A stretch of 64,000 nucleotides of DNA, taken from positions 62,001 through 126,000 of the forward strand of contig NIVC01002866.1 of NCBI GenBank assembly GCA_002269645.1, in the 5' to 3' direction. The DNA comes from Macrostomum lignano (Eukaryota). A program made the position numbers and the translations under genes. Numbering within the stretch: the first letter of the stretch is position 1; every line of letters begins with the position of its first letter. Below the pieces are notes generated by a model. It did no database searches, was not told the DNA's origin, and saw only the letters and a list, made by a program, of their open reading frames with translations. This document shows positions 25,928-46,299 of this stretch, in pieces.

Positions 25928-28004
25928 TGTTTAATTGCTGCTTGTGTTTATCCTGTTCTGTATACGGCAACGCCTTTCTTCTATGAGTTCTTCTTTTTGA
26001 AGAAGTGGCTAAATGGCCTCTTGAATATCTGTGCGCGTAACTGCGCGTCTGATTAAAATTCTGTTTGCTTATGAACCTGATAAGGGATATGGACAGAATA
26101 CGGCAAACGATTATTATAATGTTGATTCAGTATACATGTGCATACTCGTATGTTTGTACATTACTCCTATCTGTTATAGGGTTTAGAGTGTACGCACACT
26201 AACTGTACACACACTTTAACATGCACGTTGCAGTTTACTAAAGTTTGACTAACACTCTTCACTTCTCTTAAGTGGCGAATGAGAGATTAAATAGAAAACT
26301 TTATTGCCCTGAAACAGTATCATTATTGATTTTATACAAGTACAGAGTACATGCAAATGAAAAACTGCTAACCTGGTCTACCTATTCTACTCACAGTAGA
26401 GTAAAATAAATATATCGTATCTTATTCTCTATATTTTTTTATGCATCCACTATTTAGATAGATTTGCAATTTAAAAATGGCATGACTCATAGTGTCATCG
26501 GAGCGTGGAACAGATGAAGGGCATTTTTAGGATCGATTAATATCAAGGGGCGCAACCAAGCCATGAGCGGTGGAGGGGAAGGGGGCCCCTGTGAAAAATT
26601 GTAAGGAAAAATTTTCGGGCAGACTGCGGAGCTGGGTAACGCCAGACCCTGAACAGAATTTTCTGGCAAAAGCTTGCGACAGGCGACAGTGAGTGAGTGG
26701 GTGCGCAACTGCTGAATTATTTAACAGATATCGCACCAGAAATACTGTGCGCTGGGGGTAAGCAGATGATACTTAATGCATAGTAATTTACTCTTAAATA
26801 GACTTAACTCCCTCCACTTCATTCGAAGCAGTATAGCAAGTACGACAAGCTTCGAACTTTGTCTTTAAAAAGACAACAGGCGTTACTCAATTCTGAGAGT
26901 GAGGCGCTATTTATGGGAATTGCTAATTAACCCCCACCCTCGGTCCCTGGATTGCTGCCTGAAGGTGGTGCTGTTGCCCTAAAAATAATAGAAAATGTTT
27001 TACTACACGCCAGCCGGCTCAAGTACCCCCGGCCCCCACCATTCGGCCTCCATCGTAAGCAACTGCTGAGCAAGCGGGGCTCCATGGTCATTTTCTGCAA
27101 AGAAAGCAAGAATTTGACGCGACGAGAGAAAACGTTAAAAAAACCCACCCTTCTTAAGCTTGTCTAGTAGGCAGCGAGGAGGCCAAAGTCCGGGGCCCCT
27201 GCCCAAGCTGTCACCCCACCATACGCAGCACGTACTCAATACATGCATCATACAATACAAACTTTCTTCTCTTACCTACCTTAAAAGTTAAACAACTTTT
27301 ATGTTCTCTCTATTAAAAATAGAAATCTCGGTCGTCTGGGCCAGGGGCGGTGACGCACGAATTCCACCACCACTGCCAGCCACCTCTATTTACAGCGCCC
27401 GCGTCGCACCCTTGGAAGCCCTGGACCCAGGCGGCGCCTTGTTTTGTACGGAATTCAAACCGCCGCCCACACACGCGGGTCGAGCGCACCCTCCCTCCTA
27501 TCTGGGGCTGGAACGCACTGGAGGGTTCTGGGGCTTGCGTTTGGAGCTAATTGCACTAGCGGGGGCTGGGGCTGGGGTGGTTGGGGGCCGTGGCCTTTGA
27601 TTGGCCTGGCCGGGGTTTGAGCGTGAAAGGCATGGAAAAGCTTGGGGGCGGGGGAAGTATGTGGCCGGCCATTCTCTGTTCACTTTACCCTGGAGGGAGG
27701 GGGGAAAGATAGAGAGGAGAAGAGTAAGGAGGGACAAACGAAAGGGGCCACTGGCTGGGGCTTCTGTTATAAATACAACTTATCAAAGTAAAAAGTACCA
27801 AGCACACTTGGGCACCGACCCGGGAGGAAAATAGGAAGGGATTAAATACGCTCATCGCTACAAGCTGTGATAGCAAGCAAATAGCATCGACCCGACCGAC
27901 GATTCTGCCTGATCTGATCTGTCCAGTTTTAAAGCGTAACACGCTGTACTTATTTTCTCGTTGAACAGATTGGTATTGTGCTGATAAGTCCAGAACAAGT
28001 TGAA

Positions 28005-35191
<7,187 letters not shown>

Positions 35192-35857
35192 GCTCTTGAA
35201 GCTCGCCACGGCAACAATAACTGTGTAGCTTTGTTAACAAAGTTGCACACTTTCTTTAATTTTTTAAACAGAGCAAAATTTGATTTCTTAACTGAACTAT
35301 CAAATGTTTAAAACTTCGTTAACTGTTCCTCATTCGATTCGAATAGGCGAGAAATTCCATTATTTTTGTACAGCCAGTCAAAGTTAAAGAGGGCGCCTAC
35401 CCGATATATATGATTAATGCAGTGCCATTCTCGTGTATTTTTCTAGACAATGTTTTTTCCTTGCCAATTACGAGAGCATAGGCTAACTGTCTCTGGTGAT
35501 GCCGTTGGCATATTCTATGTTTATATGCATATTACTTCCCCGGGCCACAATCCATCCCATGCATCCGCTCTTTATGCCCCTCCTTTTCAAACCCGAAAGC
35601 AGCCAGTTGCATACACAAACAGATGTCCCGTGTTCTATAATTGTTCTATGTATTTTAGTTTGTTATTATTCTATCGATTGTTCCTTTAGTTATTACTGTT
35701 TCATTTGAAACCCAATGAATTTAATTGTTTGCGTGAAAAATAATTCATGAAAATGTACAATACATGAGCTCTAAGCATTGGCGCCATTTTCATTTCCGAG
35801 TTTCTATTGGCTGCCTTGCCAGATTATATCAAATCTCAGATTGCTCTCTTCGGCCGC

Positions 35858-37112
35858 TTCCAGAGTGAGAAGTCATGGGAATACATGTAGCTTCCAGAGT
35901 GAGAAGTCATGGGAATACATGTAGCTCCAGAGTGAGAAGTCATGGGAATACATGTAGCTTCCAGAGTGAGAAGTCATGGGAATACATGTAGCTTCCAGAG
36001 TGAGAAGTCATGGGAATACATGTAGCTTCCAGAGTGAGAAGTCATGGGAATACATGTAGCTTCCAGAGTGAGAAGTCATGGGAATACATGTAGCTTCCAG
36101 AGTGAGAAGTCATGGGAATACATGTAGCTTCCAGAGTGAGAAGCCATGGGAATACATGTAGCTTCCAGAGTGAGAAGTCATGGGAATACATGTAGCTTCC
36201 AGAGTGAGAAGTCATGGGAATACATGTAGCTTCCAGAGTGAGAAGTCATGGGAATACATGTAGCTTCCAGAGTGAGAAGTCATGGGAATACATGTAGCTT
36301 CCAGAGTGAGAAGTCATGGGAATACATGTAGCTTCCAGAGTGAGAAGTCATGGGAATACATGTAGCTTCCAGAGTGAGAAGTCATGGGAATACATGTAGC
36401 TTCCAGAGTGAGAAGTCATGGGAATACATGTAGCTTCAGAGTGAGAAGTCATGGGAATACATGTAGCTTCCAGAGTGAGAAGTCATGGGAATACATGTAG
36501 CTTTCAGAGTGAGAAGTCATGGGAATACATGTAGCTTCAGAGTGAGAAGTCATGGGAATACATGTAGCTTCCAGAGTAAGAAGTCATGGGAATACATGTA
36601 GCTTCCAGAGTGAGAAGTCATGGGAATACATGTAGCTTCCAGAGTAAGAAGTCATGGGAATACATGTAGCTCCAGAGTGAGAAGTCATGTGAATACATGT
36701 AGCTTCCAGAGTGAGAAGTCATGGGAATACATGTAGCTTCCAAAGTGAGAAGTCATGGGAATACATGTAGCTTCCAGAGTAAGAAGTCATGGGAATACAT
36801 GTAGCTTCCAGAGTGAGAAGTCATGGGAATACATGTAGCTTCCAGAGTAAGAAGTCATGGGAATACATGTAGCTCCAGAGTGAGAAGTCATGTGAATACA
36901 TGTAGCTTCCAGAGTGAGAAGTCATGGGAATACATGCAGCTTCCAGAGTGAGAAGTCATGTGAATACATGTAGCTTCCAGAGTGAGAAGTCATGTGAATA
37001 CATGTAGCTTCCAGAGTGAGAAGCCATTAGGTAAGAATCACTTCCAGAGTGATAAACCATTAGGTAGGAATCACTTCCAGAGTGATAAACCATTAGGTAG
37101 GAATCACTTCCA
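35858..37112. repeat. 34 bp GCTTCCAGAGTGAGAAGTCATGGGAATACATGTA array, ~34 copies
   Basis: Direct periodicity, very homogeneous. Confidence 0.97.
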
Positions 37113-37729
37113 AAGCCATTGTAATCGCGCTTTAGCAGATGTGTAAAAAGCTGTTGGATGAAAGCACAAATTTAATGAAGCAAAAGAAAATAAGCAAAGC
37201 AATACTACTTCAAGTAGCATTGAAGGCAAGCATCGAATCCAATTTAAAATTTGAGAAACGGAAAACTCATCCAGAGACATATTGTGTAGGCACAGTTTGT
37301 TCTTAAAATTTTATTCAATTTTTTACTTCATAATTAATACCAATCTAGAAAGGTGCAAAATTACAAACGATAATAATAATAATAATAACAATAATAATAC
37401 GTTGATTGAAAAAGTTGATATGATTTACAGAAAAAGATTTTTCTAATGTAATGTACACACTGATCAGTTTTACACGTCAGTAACTATATAGTGCTTGAAT
37501 ATTTTGGCGCAGAAGTAGTTAATTAAATTGGGGCATCGCAGTAAACAGTTGTAAATATTGTATATAGTGACGAATACAAACCAGCTATATTGCTCAGTGC
37601 TGTTCAACAACGCACAAGGCAGACTACAGAGTGGAGAGAAATCGGCTGATTTATAAAGCTTGCAACATGCACAATCACATGTACATAGTGAATCATATCT
37701 GCGATGCATAACATTAGTACAAATCGAGA

Positions 37730-39310
37730 CAGAACTTCAGATCCTCAGGGCTCCTACCTCAGATCTTTCAGGACTCTGAACTTCAGGTCCTCAGGGCTCC
37801 TACCTCAGATCTTCCAGGACTCTGAACTTCAGGTCCTCAGGGCTCCCACCTCAGATCTTCCAGGACTCTGAACTTCAGGTTCTCAGGGCTCCTACCTCAG
37901 ATCTTCCAGGACTCTGAACTTCAGATCCTCAGGGCTCCCACCTCAGATCTTCCAGGACTCTGAACTTCAGGTCCTCAGGGCTCCCACCTCAGATCTTTCA
38001 GGACTCTGAACTTCAGATTCTCAGGGCTCCTACCTCAGATCTTCCAGGACTCTGAACTTCAGATCCTCAGGGCTCCCACCTCAGATCTTCCAGGACTCTG
38101 AACTTCAGATCCTCAGGGCTCCCACCTCAGATCTTTCAGGACTCTAAACTTCAGGTTCTCAGGGCTCCCACCTCAGATCTTCCAGGACTCTGAACTTCAG
38201 GTCCTCAGGGCTCCCACCTCAGATCTTTCAGGACTCTGAACTTCAGGTTCTCAGGGCTCCCACCTTAGATCTTTCAGGACTCTGAACTTCCGATCCTCAG
38301 GGCTCCCACCTCAGATCTTTCAGGACTCTGAACTTCAGATCCTCAGGGCTCCCACCTCAGATCTTTCAGGACTCTGAACTTCAGGTCCTCAGGGCTCCCA
38401 CCTCAGATCTTTCAGGACTCTGAACTTCAGATTCTCAGGGCTCCCACCTCAGATCTTTCAGGACTCTGAACTTCAGATCCTCAGGGCTCCCACCTCAGAT
38501 CTTCCAGGACTCTGAACTTCAGATCCTCAGGGCTCCCACCTCAGATCTTTCAGGACTCTGAACTTCAGGTTCTCAGGGCTCCCACCTCAGATCTTTCAGG
38601 ACTCTGAACTTCAGGTTCTCAGGGCTCCTACCTCAGATCTTTCAGGACTCTGAACTTCAGATCCTCAGGGCTCCCACCTCAGATCTTTCAGGACTCTGAA
38701 CTTCAGATCCTCAGGGCTCCCACCTCAGATCTTTCAGGACTCTGAACTTCAGGTCCTCAGGGCTCCCACCTCAGATCTTTCAGGACTCTGAACTTCAGGT
38801 TCTCAGGGCTCCCACCTCAGATCTTCCAGGACTCTGAACTTCAGGTCCTCAGGGCTCCCACCTCAGATCTTCCAGGACTCTGAACTTCAGGTTCTCAGGG
38901 CTCCTACCTCAGATCTTCCAGGACTCTGAACTTCAGGTTCTCAGGGCTCCCACCTCAGATCTTTCAGGACTCTGAACTTCAGGTCCTCAGGGCTCCCACC
39001 TCAGATCTTTCAGGACTCTGAACTTCAGATTCTCAGGGCTCCTACCTCAGATCTTCCAGGACTCTGAACTTCAGATCCTCAGGGCTCCCACCTCAGATCT
39101 TCCAGGACTCTGAACTTCAGATCCTCAGGGCTCCCACCTCAGATCTTTCAGGACTCTAAACTTCAGGTTCTCAGGGCTCCCACCTCAGATCTTCCAGGAC
39201 TCTGAACTTCAGGTCCTCAGGGCTCCTACCTCAGATCTTTCAGGACTCTGAACTTCAGATTCTCAGGGCTCTCATCTCAAATTATCAGAAATCTGAAATT
39301 CAGAACTTCA
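37730..39310. repeat. 46 bp CTCTGAACTTCAGATCCTCAGGGCTCCCACCTCAGATCTTTCAGGA array, ~34 copies
   Basis: Direct periodicity. Confidence 0.97.
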
Positions 39311-39861
39311 GGATTCGCCCCCCTGGGATTTTCAAGGCTCCCACTTCGCATCTTGAAGGTAATGAAGCCAGACTTGAAGTTTCCCACATTTAGACCTTCA
39401 GTTCCTAGTAGCACTCGTGGAATGAATCACAAAGTGATTAAAAAGGCTTAATTAATTAATAACACGTCAATAAACAATAGAAAATTATTAGAAAAACACC
39501 ATAGTTAACTATTACGCGAGCGCTTGCCTGTGTGCTGCGATTGAATACAGCGTGTGGCCTTGTTTGAAAAAAATAATTTTCTGAATATTACACTAAAGTG
39601 AAAGCGGGTATAAACCATGTTTTCTTTTTAAACCTGGATTTAGTAATTAACAGAGCGAGAATGAGAAAACAGGTAAATTGTAACCTGTACACATTCTGCA
39701 CAAGCAATTTAGAAAGCGAATCAATCATTTTCGATGTTCAACATTTACTGCCGTTTTTGCAGGCAGAACAGATGGATCTGCCAGCAGGGATATGGAAGAT
39801 AAGGGGGGTTAGTTGAAGGGCAAGGAACATTAGAGGCTATGCACCCTTGGGCGAAATTATC

Positions 39862-40758
39862 GAAAAGTATCAGTACAATTATCGATAAGTAACAGTACAA
39901 TTATCGATAAGTAGCAGTACGATTATCGATAAGTAGCAGTACAATTATCGATAAGTAGCAGTACGATTATCGATAAGTAACAGTACAATTATCGATAAGT
40001 AGCAGTACGAATATCGATAAGTAACAGTACAATTATCGATAAGTAGCAGTACGAATATCGATAAGTAACAGTACAATTATCGATAAGTAGCATTACGAAT
40101 ATCGATAAGTAACAGTACAATTATCGATAAGTAGCAGTACGATTATCGATAAGTAACAGTACAATTATCGATAAGTAGCAGTACGAATATCGATAAGTAA
40201 CAGTACAATTATCGATAAGTAGCAGTACGATTATCGATAAGTAACAGTACAATTATCGATAAGTAGCAGTACGAATATCGATAAGTAACAGTACAATTAT
40301 CGATAAGTAGCAGTACGATTATCGATAAGTAACAGTACAATTATCGATAAGTAGCAGTACGAATATCGATAAGTAACAGTACAATTATCGATAAGTAGCA
40401 GTACGATTATCGATAAGTAACAGTACAATTATCGATAAGTAGCAGTACGAATATCGATAAGTAACAGTACAATTATCGATAAGTAGCAGTACGATTATCG
40501 ATAAGTAACAGTACAATTATCGATAAGTAGCAGTACGAATATCGATAAGTAGCAGTACGAATATCGATAAGTAGCAGTACGATTATCGATAAGTAGCAGT
40601 ACGATTATCGATAAGTAGCAGTACGATTATCGATAAGTAGCAGTACGATTATCGATAAGTAGCAGTACGATTATCGATAAGTAGCAGTACGATTATCGAT
40701 AAGTAGCAGTACGATTATCGATAAGTAGCAGTACGATTATCGATAAGTAGCAGTACAA
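39862..40758. repeat. 21 bp array with palindromic core TTATCGATAA (AGTAC(A/G)ATTATCGATAAGTA(A/G)C), ~42 copies
   Basis: Direct periodicity. Confidence 0.97.
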
Positions 40759-41004
40759 TCAGGCTGCAATAAAATGTGTTTGCATTAGAAAGAACAGATA
40801 CAATAAATGGCACATGCTGATGCAATAATTTAAGCAGGCCCAGCGCCATCAATAAAGTTTTCCAGAGAGAGCGCAGAGTGCAGACCCTGCATAAACATGG
40901 ACGTGGCAAAAACAGGTTGAAAGAGAATAATAATTCTGTATTCGCATAGCAATCCTCTGCACCAAATCCTTGTTGCCATGCGGAACTAGGCAGTCCCTGG
41001 TCTG

Positions 41005-44000
41005 TCACGCCCTGTCGCCATTGTTTTCGTTGACGGCGGCGGCGGAGACGCAGCAGGCGTCGCACAGCCGGACTGGACTGTCGAATCCGAGGACGGGCAG
41101 GGCTCGCCGAGCCCTGGTGCAGGCCGAGCAGAACAGGCCGCCGCAGGCCCGGCAGTGGTGCCGCCGCCTGGTGATGGTGAAGGCCTGGCCGCAGCGCCGG
41201 TTGGTGCACACGTCAGAGGCGGAGTCCGGCACCCAGGCTGGAGGCTCGACGGCCGACGCCTCGGCTCCGGTGGCAGCCGCGGTCGCCATCGAAGTTAAAG
41301 CCGATTGCACCGAGTCCGTCACCTGCCAGTCGAAAGCGTCCAAGCCTTCCTCGACGGCTAGGGTGGCGGTGGAGGCGGCTGCCGAAGCGGCGGCCTCGTC
41401 AACAGCCTCGCTGCAGTGCAGGTTGTACACGCAGCGGAGCAGGTAGCGCAGCTCCCAGGCGTAGTTGCTCTGGATCTGGTCCGCCACGCCTGCGATCACC
41501 TGAGGGCGGGGTGGGCGGTTGGTTGCCCTTCTGTGTCTGTTGGTTGCCATGCTGTGTCTGTTGGTTGCCCTTCTGTTTCTGTTGGTTGCCCTGCTGTGTC
41601 TGTTGGTTGCCCTGCTGTGTCTGTTGGTTGCCCTTCTGTTTCTGTTGGTTGCCCTGCTGTGTCTGTTATATTTTATCGGGTTTCAAGGTTAACGGGGGAT
41701 TTTTTAGATTACAAGGTTTATGGAGGCCATCGCTGACATGTCAAGGCTTACGGGGGGAATAGCTGAGATGTCAAGGCTCACGGGGGTATAAATGAGATTT
41801 CAAGGCTAAAGTCAGAAGCTGCATGTAGTTTATTGAAAACTTTTTATTACATTTTTGATGCCTCCTCAGGGGAGGGATCGCTGATAAAAAAGCGTAATGT
41901 AAAAAATAAAAGAAGCTTCATGTCGAAGTTAAGAGATTCATTTGGGAATCCCTACAATTTCGAGGCTTGCAGGGAATCGCTATAATGCTGTAGTAGTGCT
42001 TTAATGACTCTTAGAGAGAATTACTGAAATGTCAATGCTTTAGGGTTAGATTAGGGTTAGGGTTAGGGTTAGGGTAGGCTAAGGTTAGGGTTAGAAGGTT
42101 GACAGATATTTTTAGATTTCCAAGGCTTATTGGGGGCATTGCTGAGATGTCAAAGGGGGAAGTTGATATCTTAAAGCTTGTGGGGGGAATTACTGACATG
42201 TCAAGGCTTACAAGGTTTGACAGGAGATTTTTTAAGATTTCAAGGATACATGTAGCTTATTAAAAAAACGTGTATTGCATTTCTTTGGCTCCCCAACGGG
42301 GGGCGTAGATTGCTAGTCTGTTTCTGTTGGTTGCTCTGCTGTGTCTGTTGGGTGCACTGCTGTGTCTGTTGGGTGCACTTCTGTGTCTATTGGGTGCACT
42401 GCTGTGTCTGTTGGGTGCACTGCTGCGTCTGTTGGTTGCCCTGCTGTGTCTGTTGGTTGCCCTGCTGTGTCTGTTGATTGCCCTTCTGTGTCTGTTGGTT
42501 GGTCTGCTGTGTCTGTTGGTTGCCCTTCTGTGTCTGTTGGTTGCCCTGCTGTGTCTGTTGGTTGCCCTGCTGTGTCTGTTGGTTGACCTGCTGTGTCTGT
42601 TGGTTGCCCTGCTGTGTCTGTTGGTTGCCCTGCTGTGTCTGTTGGGTGCACTGCTGTGTCTGTTGGTTGCCCTGCTGTGTCTGTTGATTGACCTGCTGTG
42701 TCTGTTGGTTGCCCTGCTGTGTCTGTTGGTTGCCCTGCTGTGTCTGTTGGTTGCCCTGCTGTGTCTGTTGGTTGCCCTGCTGTGTCTGTTGGTTGCCCTG
42801 CTGTGTCTGTTGGTTGACCTGCTGTGTCTGTTGGTTGACCTGCTGTGTCTGTTGACCTATCCAGACAACCCCAAAACCTACCCAGACCACCCCAAAAGCC
42901 TACCCAGACCACCCCAAGAATACCTTGAACAGCCCGGCAACCCGGTCGGCATCCGCGTCAACATCCGCTTCAGCGTCCGTGGCGTCGCCCGACTCGGTCA
43001 GGCAGAGCCGCCGCACCAGCCTGTCCCTGTCGGACTGCTTCAGCTTTCCTAGAAACGACCTGACGCGGTCCAGATGGCTGTGAAAAGCCCGGAACAGCGG
43101 GCAGAGCTTGTTAGCTGGCCGATCCTTGGTGCTCAGAGGTCCATCGGGATGCACTAGCAGGCCGTGCAGCACAGCCAGCCTGGGCAGCACTATCATCAAG
43201 GTGGGCTCGCACTCGTCAATGTCATCGCGGCGGATGTGCCCGCCAGCCAGGGCCCAGGCCGCAGTCTCGGAGAACAGCACGGCCACCTCCTGCAGCTGGT
43301 CCATCTCCGTCATGGTTTTAACTGGCACCATGGCGCTGACGTAGCTCAACTCGAACTCGGCCAGAATGCGATCGAACAGGGCCAGCTGGTCCAGCAACCG
43401 GCGATTCGCCCGGGGCTCCGCACCGAAGTAACTGCGGCTGGCCTCGTCACGGAGCAGGCGGCGGGTCTTCTCGCCTTCGCGGGTCACCTGGGGACACAGC
43501 GGGGGAGAGGGAGGGTCACCTGGAGACACAGCGGGGGAGAGGGAGGGTCACCTGGGGACACAGAGGGTGAGAATGAGGGTCACCTGGGGACACAGAGGGG
43601 GAGAGGGAGGGTCACCTGGGGACAACGGAGGAGAGGGAGGGTCACCTGGGGACACAACAGAGGAGAGGGAGGGTCACCTTGGGAGGGTCATCTGGGGACA
43701 CAGCGGGGGAGAGGCTTGGGGTATAGCAGACAAGCTGGAGTATAGCAGACAGGCTGGGGTATAGCAGACAGGGCTGGGGTATAGCAGACAGGCTGGGGTA
43801 TAGCAGACAGGGCTGGGGTATAGCAGACAGGCTGGGGTATAGCAGACAGGGCTGGGGTATAGCAGACAGGCTGGGGTATAGCAGACAGGCTGGGGTATAG
43901 CAGACAGGCTGGGGTATAGCAGACAGGCTGGGGTATAGCAGACAGGCTGGGGTATAGCAGACAGGCTGGGGTATAGCAGACAGGGCTGGGGTATAGCAGA

Positions 44001-44422
44001 CAGGGAAAGCACAGCAGCCCAGGCCTCACCTGAATGGCCAGCGGCCGGATGCTCTCAGCCTCCACCTCCCTGTACAGAATGGAGGATCCAGCAGCCAGGC
44101 ACTCGGACGCGTACCAGAGCTGACCTTCCAGACCCTCCTGAACCACTTCGTCTGGGAATTTCATACGGAAATCTTTCGGATGCCTTCGATCGGGTATGAG
44201 CTCGTTCATTAATTCTAGCATGAGCTTCATGACTCGCTGCTGGCATTCTTTGAGTTCGCCGATTAACTCGGACACCCGGTCCTGCTGCTTGTCCGCGTCT
44301 AACCGCTTGATCTGCTGGGCCACCCGGACCAGCTCTTGGTCTGCGGCGTAATACCGGGATAGCAGCTCGCTGCCCGACTTCCGGTGAGGCAGGAATAACT
44401 TTCGGCCTAAGGACTGCAGCAT
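41005..44422 (-). CDS. ZFYVE28: Lateral signaling target 2 homolog (LST2/ZFYVE28), ~483 aa; exons 44422-44030, 43487-42924, 41499-41005
   Basis: N-terminal LLSRYYAADQEL, DFRMKFPDEV, GQLWYASECLAAGSSI, FAEFELSYVSAMVPVKT-type segment and PRLAVLHGL match the conserved LST2 domain. IAGVADQIQSNYA precedes a C-terminal FYVE domain (WVPD...RRRHHCRACGGLFCSAC...VRLCDAC). All junctions are phase 0. Confidence 0.95.
41515..42855. repeat. 21 bp CTGCTGTGTCTGTTGGTTGCC arrays at both ends of LST2 intron 2 (41515-41665, 42315-42855)
   Basis: Direct reading. Confidence 0.93.
42040..42095 (+). repeat. Short interstitial telomeric tract (TTAGGG)n, partly degenerate
   Basis: ttagggttagattagggttagggttagggttagggtaggctaaggttagggttag. 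Confidence 0.85.
43482..44003. repeat. LST2 intron 1: 30-33 bp splice-junction repeat (43482-43712) plus 19 bp GGGGTATAGCAGACAGGCT array (43716-44003)
   Basis: Direct periodicity. Confidence 0.92.
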
Positions 44423-44461
44423 GGCTGGCCGCGATGCTGCATGCAAAGGGCATAGGTACGG

Positions 44462-45575
44462 AGTGAGGTAGCTAATGGAACAGAGTGAACAAAGCTAATG
44501 GAACAAAGGGAACAGAATGAGGTAGCAAAGGGAACAGAATGAGGTAGCTAAGGGAAGGGAATGTTGAGGTAGCTAAGGGAACAGAATGAGGTAGCTAAGG
44601 GAAGGGAATGTTGAGGTAGCTAAGGGAACAGAGTGAGGTAGCTAAGGGAACAGAGTGAGGTAGCTAAGGGAAGGGAATTTTGAGGTAGCTAAGGGAACAG
44701 AGTGAGGTAGCTAAGGGAAGGGAATGTTGAGGTAGCTAAGGGAACAGAATGAGGTAGCTAAGGGAACAGAATGAGGTAGCTAAGGGAAGGGAATGTTGAG
44801 GTAGCTAAGGGAACAGAGTGAGGTAGCTAAGGGAAGGGAATTTTGAGGTAGCTAAGGGAACATAGTGAGGTAGCTAAGGGAAGGGAATGTTGAGGTAGCT
44901 AAGGGAACAGAGTGAGGTAGCTAAGGGAAGGGAATGTTGAGGTAGCTAAGGGAACAGAATGAGGTAGCTAAGGGAACAGAATGAGGTAGCTAAGGGAAGG
45001 GAATGTTGAGGTAGCTAAGGGAACAGAGTGAGGTAGCTAAGGGAACAGAGTGAGGTAGCTAAGGGAAGGGAATTTTGAGGTAGCTAAGGGAACAGAGTGA
45101 GGTAGCTAAGGGAACAGAGTGAGGTAGCTAAGGGAAGGGAATGTTGAGGTAGCTAAGGGAACAGAATGAGGTAGCTAAGGGAACAGAATGAGGTAGCTAA
45201 GGGAAGGGAATGTTGAGGTAGCTAAGGGAACAGAATGAGGTAGCTAAGGGAGCAGAGTGAGGTAGCTAAGGGAATAGAATGAGGTAGCTAAGGGAACAGA
45301 GTGAGGTAGCTAAGGGAAGGGAATGTTGAGGTAGCTAAGGGAACAGAATGAGGTAGCTAAGGGAACAGAATGAGGTAGCTAAGGGAGCAGAATGAGGTAG
45401 CTAATGGAGCAGAGTGAGGTAGCTAAGGGAGCAGAGTGAGGTAGCTAAGGGAATAGAATGAGGTAGCTAAGGGAGCAGAGTTGAGGTAGCGAAGGGAACA
45501 GAATGAGGTAGCTAAGGGAGCAGAATGAGGTAGCTAAGGGAGCAGAATGAGGTAGCTGAGAGAACAGAATTAGGT
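44462..45575. repeat. 21/24 bp GAGGTAGCTAAGGGAA(CAGAAT/GGGAATGTT) array
   Basis: Direct periodicity. Confidence 0.95.
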
Positions 45576-46299
45576 AACTATATAAGGGAGCTTTCGTTCC
45601 CTGCACAACAGAACCCTATAAAGAATAAAAAAATTCTATACGAAAAAATGCATCAGTGGCTACTACTTGTTGAAGAATTCACTCCAACAGTAGTAAGGTT
45701 CAAACGGAAGAATATTTCTAACACTAAGGCTAAGCAAGATATGTTTTGAAAAAACAAGGCATACAGACGGACAGAAGGCTATAAGACTTCAAGCAGCATT
45801 ATCGCTTCATTTCCAACCAAATGTACAGCCACAATGCACACACGGGGCCTCAGTCAGTGAGGCACGTCAGGCATTGTACGTAGCACGAGTTTCTGCCTGC
45901 CCAATCGAAAACACACACACACAAAGCAACAAAGCCTGTTTAGGGAGACAGGAAAGACACGAATCTAATTTAGTCAAAGCAAAATAGATTTATTTATATA
46001 GTGTAGAAGACAGCGCATCCTTGCTTAGTGGCTAAGAGCTATAAAAAAGAAAGAAGACTCAGTCCAAATTAATTATACAAACTATAATGTTCTGTAACAA
46101 ATAACACATTGTTTATTTCGTCAAGAATGCAGATAACAGCCGCACACATAATACAAATAGCTGCAGAAGTGTCAAATAAATCCTCATCTGACCGAGATTG
46201 GTTTTCTTCGGTTAGGAAACTGTCAAGACAATAAATATAATTTATAAAAAACTGCATATGTCTACTGGAATACAAATTCAATGGGAGGGTTTGGGGCAC

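Noticed and set aside
26480-27840. Several 60-100 aa ORFs between the arrestin and zinc-finger genes
   Set aside because: No recognisable domains or splice support; looks like divergent promoter and dispersed-repeat sequence.
35858-39310. CRISPR-like appearance of the 34 bp and 46 bp arrays
   Set aside because: Units are contiguous with no unique spacers, there are no cas genes, and the context is eukaryotic.
46069-46299. 76-aa minus-strand ORF as a further exon of the unassigned gene
   Set aside because: The upstream exon already ends in a stop at 48853; the sequence is AT-rich and UTR-like, with AATAAA and no matching donor.
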